Positions 17,120-20,131 of a stretch of 20,131 nt of DNA are shown piece after piece. The notes below the pieces were generated by a model. That model was not told the DNA's origin. It did no database searches and saw nothing but the letters and a program-made list of their open reading frames with translations. The stretch is from Gemmatimonadaceae bacterium. GTDB lineage: Bacteria; Gemmatimonadota; Gemmatimonadetes; Gemmatimonadales; Gemmatimonadaceae. The stretch is taken from NCBI GenBank assembly GCA_040902005.1, contig JBBDYA010000013.1, forward strand, positions 17,319 through 37,449, given 5' to 3'. The position numbers and the translations under genes are program-made. Position 1 is the first letter of the stretch; every line of letters begins with the position of its first letter.

Positions 17120-18342
17120 CGAAGGTCGAACGCGCGGAAGAGCGCGCGCGCCCGCAGCCGCAGCCCGTGTCACTCGGGGCGATGGGGATCGAGTCGGAGT
17201 TCATGGTGCACCTCGATGGGCAGCCAGTGAAGCCCGAAGAGGTCTTCAAGTCGCCGACGAACATCGTACGCGCGACCATGATGCATCGCACCGGGCATTC
17301 GTATCACCTGCCCACCGGCGGCGCGGTGTACTTCGACACGGGCGTGATCGAGATCGCCACCGGGATGATCGAGATCGACCTGGGATGCGCGGCGCGCGCC
17401 GGACGATCGCTCTGGGAAAACATCCGGTATCTCCGGACGGAGCTGGACGAGTGGGAGCAAACGCATGGGCACGCCGTGGAGCTGTCGGGCTTCAGCTCGC
17501 ATTACAACGTGTCGTTCACGCCAGGCGCGCGGGAGCGCACCGAGGACTGCTCGGTGGAGACGCTCGCGCTGCTGCTGACGTACATCCTGCCCGTGCCCGT
17601 GATGCTGCTCGCCGCCAACCGCCGGTCCACGGGCATCGGCGTGCGGCCGCGCGGCAACCGCGTGGAGGTCACGGCGGACTTCACGCCGGATGCGTCGCTC
17701 ATGATCGCGACGGCCACCCTCTGCGTCGGGATCATCAAGGCGGTGATGACGTGGCCCACGTACCGCCTGGAGGAGCTCGACCGCTTCACGCGCGAGCTGC
17801 CGATGATACGCGACGTGACGCCCGTGCCGCACAGCTCCCGCAAGGGGTGGTCGGCGAAGTACACCTGCTACCCGGAGAACCCGTTCGCGTCGGACATCGA
17901 CGAGCCCATGTGGAAGACGACCGGCGGGGAGACGCTGTCGCTTCGCGCCATGGCCGGGCGCATCACGCAGCACTTCTGGCCGTCCATCCAGCGGTTCGCC
18001 GACCCGTTCACGCTGCGGCTCATCGGCGGCGTCATGCGCGGCCGCGCGCCGTCACTCCTGGAACTCGGCGACCGCCCTCCCGCGTACGACAGCATCGGGC
18101 GGTTGTGCCGGTGGGACGATCTTTTTCCGGACACGGTGCTGCCGCGATCGCGCTACGAGCGGGTGCTGGGACATGCGATCAACGGGGAGCAACTGTCGCT
18201 GGACCGCGAGGTCTACGTGCCCGTGGGGATGCAGGGCTGGTCGCACGTGGTGTTTCGCCGCGCCCGGGACAAGTCGCGGCACGTGATGTCGCTCGACCTG
18301 TTGCTCGACCACCTCGAGGACTGGGACGCTGGCGCGAGGTAG
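17116..18342 (+). CDS. Divergent PafA/Dop-like carboxylate-amine ligase (GS/GCS fold)
   Basis: MGIESEF, LPTGGAVYFDTGVIEIAT, SHYN, RVEV..D, AYDSI, SRY and GWSHV occur in the same order as remembered PafA/Dop motifs. Strong SD (GGAAGGGGAG) and an ATGA overlap with the upstream gene. Confidence 0.72.
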   Translation: MTKVERAEERARPQPQPVSLGAMGIESEFMVHLDGQPVKPEEVFKSPTNIVRATMMHRTGHSYHLPTGGAVYFDTGVIEIATGMIEIDLGCAARAGRSLWENIRYLRTELDEWEQTHGHAVELSGFSSHYNVSFTPGARERTEDCSVETLALLLTYILPVPVMLLAANRRSTGIGVRPRGNRVEVTADFTPDASLMIATATLCVGIIKAVMTWPTYRLEELDRFTRELPMIRDVTPVPHSSRKGWSAKYTCYPENPFASDIDEPMWKTTGGETLSLRAMAGRITQHFWPSIQRFADPFTLRLIGGVMRGRAPSLLELGDRPPAYDSIGRLCRWDDLFPDTVLPRSRYERVLGHAINGEQLSLDREVYVPVGMQGWSHVVFRRARDKSRHVMSLDLLLDHLEDWDAGAR

Positions 18343-18372
18343 TCGCCGAGCCGACGGTCCAGGCGGCGATGC

Positions 18373-18546
18373 TCAGAACTCGCGCTTCTTCATTTCCTTG
18401 AAGAAGTGCGTCCGCTCGATGTCCTGATCGGCGTCGTTGTTCGGCGGCAGGGTCTTGTCGAACTGCCGCCCGTCGCGCGCCTTGGCGAGCTTGGCCGCCT
18501 TGGCTGCGTTCTTCCGGATGAGCTTCTGGAGCTGTTTCTCGTCCAT
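18373..18546 (-). CDS. Small Lys-rich hypothetical protein (57 aa), not in the supplied ORF track
   Basis: Translated by hand: MDEKQLQKLIRKNAAKAAKLAKARDGRQFDKTLPPNNDADQDIERTHFFKEMKKREF. AGGA lies 3 nt upstream of the ATG, third codon positions are almost all G/C, and a perfect TATAAT lies upstream. Confidence 0.8.
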   Translation of the reverse strand: MDEKQLQKLIRKNAAKAAKLAKARDGRQFDKTLPPNNDADQDIERTHFFKEMKKREF

Positions 18547-18597
18547 CGTTCCTGTGGCGAACGTGAAATGGATGGGGCAGACGCGAAGGGGTGCTGC

Positions 18598-18603
18598 ATT
18601 ATA
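18598..18603 (-). promoter_or_regulatory. Consensus -10 element (TATAAT) upstream of the 57-aa ORF
   Basis: ATTATA on the plus strand at 18598-18603, 51 nt upstream of the ATG at 18546. No recognisable -35. Confidence 0.5.
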
Positions 18604-18613
18604 TACGCAGGAC

Positions 18614-18638
18614 CGCCGGCCGGCGTTACCGGCCGGCG
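18614..18638. other. Perfect 10-bp inverted repeat spanning the stop codon of the M61-like gene
   Basis: CGCCGGCCGG (18614-18623), loop CGTTA, CCGGCCGGCG (18629-18638). There is no U tract, so terminator function is uncertain. Confidence 0.4.
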
Positions 18639-19627
18639 CGCAGCCCCAGCGAGCGGAGCGTCAGCGCATCGGGGGTCGGCGCGACGACATCCCTGGCGCC
18701 CCGCGCCTGCACGGCGAGCGCCAGCTCGCCCAGGTTGATGGTGGCGGACACGGGGAGCGGCAGCCCTCCCATGACGTGGCGCGCGAAGAACTCGGTGAGA
18801 TCCTCGCCCGTGGCCTCGCGCACCGCGCGCGCGACGTCCATCGTGGTGTAGCGCCGGGCCGCCCGATCATGGTTGGCATGCATCCAGCGCATGACGTCGT
18901 CCAGGCTTTTGGCATCGTTCGTCCGGCCGCGAATGGTGCGGTCGAGCAGGAGCGCGGCCGTCCACCCGCCGTAGTGCACGAGGAACTGGTTCGCGCCCCC
19001 CCCCTTCTGCTGCCCGGCCTGCGACAGCGTCAACCGGTCCTGGCCGGAGGCGCTCGCGTAGAACCCCACCGCGGTCGCCGCGGCGCGGATGGCGGTGAGG
19101 TCATCCATCAGCCCCAGGCGAGCAGCCGTCTGTGCCGCGTAGAATTCGCTGGCGCCTTCGTTGAACCACTCCTCGCCGGGCCCGGCGAACCGGAAGCTCT
19201 CGCCGTTCCAGAGATGAAACGTCTCGTGCAGGAGCGTCATCTTCCAGTCGTAGAATCCGAACGCCGGCTGCCGGCCGATGAGCAGCGACAGGACGCCCGG
19301 TTCCGCGCTGCCGCCGCCGAGCTGATCGAAGGCGACGTTGAGCGTGAGCTTGACCGTGGGCGTGCCGTCCATCGCGCGGGGTAGGGCACCAAAGACCTCC
19401 GTGTAGCGCGCCAGCGCTCCCGACATCACCTCGCGGATCTGGTTCTCCATGTCCGTGGAGCGCGTGTCGCGGAACCGGATCGTGACCTCGATGTTCGACG
19501 CGCGAAACCGGACGAGGTTCTCGCCGCCCCGCTGCGCGTGCAGCGCGGCCGGTAGCACGAGCGCGGACAGCAGCGCGAAACGCGCGCACCGGAGGGCGTT
19601 CGCCACCATCGCCACGATCCGCATCAT
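18626..19627 (-). CDS. Secreted gluzincin metallopeptidase (M61/M1-like catalytic domain)
   Basis: HETFHLWNG (HExxH) followed by WFNEGASEFY, and SLDDVMR typical of M61-like proteins. Signal peptide ending ALHA-Q. Confidence 0.82.
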   Translation of the reverse strand: MMRIVAMVANALRCARFALLSALVLPAALHAQRGGENLVRFRASNIEVTIRFRDTRSTDMENQIREVMSGALARYTEVFGALPRAMDGTPTVKLTLNVAFDQLGGGSAEPGVLSLLIGRQPAFGFYDWKMTLLHETFHLWNGESFRFAGPGEEWFNEGASEFYAAQTAARLGLMDDLTAIRAAATAVGFYASASGQDRLTLSQAGQQKGGGANQFLVHYGGWTAALLLDRTIRGRTNDAKSLDDVMRWMHANHDRAARRYTTMDVARAVREATGEDLTEFFARHVMGGLPLPVSATINLGELALAVQARGARDVVAPTPDALTLRSLGLRAGR

Positions 19628-19642
19628 GCGGCTGAGTGCGGG

Positions 19643-20098
19643 CTACCCACGGTGCAGGACCGTGTCCACGGCTCGCTCTTCCTTGCCGTCAGGGTAGACG
19701 TTGTGCATCACCAGGCGCAGGGCGTCTCTGCCCGGCGTGATATCGATGCGCCATCCCCAGTCCGGTCCGGGCGGCGCGGCGTAGCTCCCGCGGACGGTGA
19801 GAGCGCCGCTGGCGGCGGCACCCGCGCAGGCCATCACCTTGTCGCTCGTGTGCCACGTGTCCGCCCAATGCAGCGTGAGCGTGTGGTCGCCCTTCTGAAA
19901 TCCCACGAGCATCGTCCCTTCCTGCGGCGTCTGCTTGTACGACCAGGTGTAATCGAGTCGCACGAAGCGCCCATTCAGCACAGGAGTGACCGTCGCGCTC
20001 GCGGCCGATTCATCCGAGACGCCCCTCGAGGGATCCTGGAGCGTGTTGCGCCCGGCCCACGTTCCGCGGCAGGCGGCCAACGCATCCAGGGCGATCAT
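19643..20098 (-). CDS. DUF1579-like beta-barrel protein
   Basis: GTWAG, LNGRFVRLDY, WADTWH and DWGWRIDI pattern; GAGG SD upstream of the ATG. Confidence 0.7.
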   Translation of the reverse strand: MIALDALAACRGTWAGRNTLQDPSRGVSDESAASATVTPVLNGRFVRLDYTWSYKQTPQEGTMLVGFQKGDHTLTLHWADTWHTSDKVMACAGAAASGALTVRGSYAAPPGPDWGWRIDITPGRDALRLVMHNVYPDGKEERAVDTVLHRG

Positions 20099-20131
20099 CT
20101 CTGCCTCACTGGGTGTCCGGATTCACGGCGG

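Noticed and set aside
18373..18546. 57-aa ORF as a Pup/UBact modifier
   Set aside because: It is basic rather than acidic, ends in REF rather than GG[E/Q] or G[E/Q], and is on the opposite strand. It is kept only as a small protein of unknown function.
20106..20131. Possible 3' end of an upstream minus-strand CDS (...AVNPDTQ-stop)
   Set aside because: Only 26 nt are visible, which is too little to support a feature.

Overview
GC-rich bacterial chromosomal segment that is almost fully coding. Gene content is suggestive of Gemmatimonadota, which is an inference only. It starts with a 26-nt poly-C run that is probably a sequencing artefact. Most of the window is housekeeping or metabolic: an MBL-fold hydrolase, greA, glpD, a tightly coupled fadI-fadJ-M14 peptidase-proline dehydrogenase-hypothetical-rsgA-TPR cluster, a GntR regulator, a repeat-containing lipoprotein, a bactofilin, a PAS-GGDEF diguanylate cyclase, msrB-msrA, an M61-like metallopeptidase and a DUF1579-like gene. 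The most interesting locus is a three-gene operon with overlapping reading frames (15577-18342). It encodes (i) a class A beta-lactamase-fold serine hydrolase with no signal peptide, (ii) an M15A-like Zn DD-peptidase-fold protein whose Asp zinc ligand is replaced by Asn, and (iii) a divergent PafA/Dop (Pup ligase/deamidase)-like carboxylate-amine ligase that lacks the typical Pup-associated segments. No Pup, proteasome or ARC ATPase gene is in the window. A 57-aa Lys-rich ORF missing from the ORF track lies convergent to this operon. Also notable are an attenuator-like hairpin in the greA leader and a leaderless-mRNA signature at three operon-first genes. No rRNA, tRNA, CRISPR or mobile element was seen.
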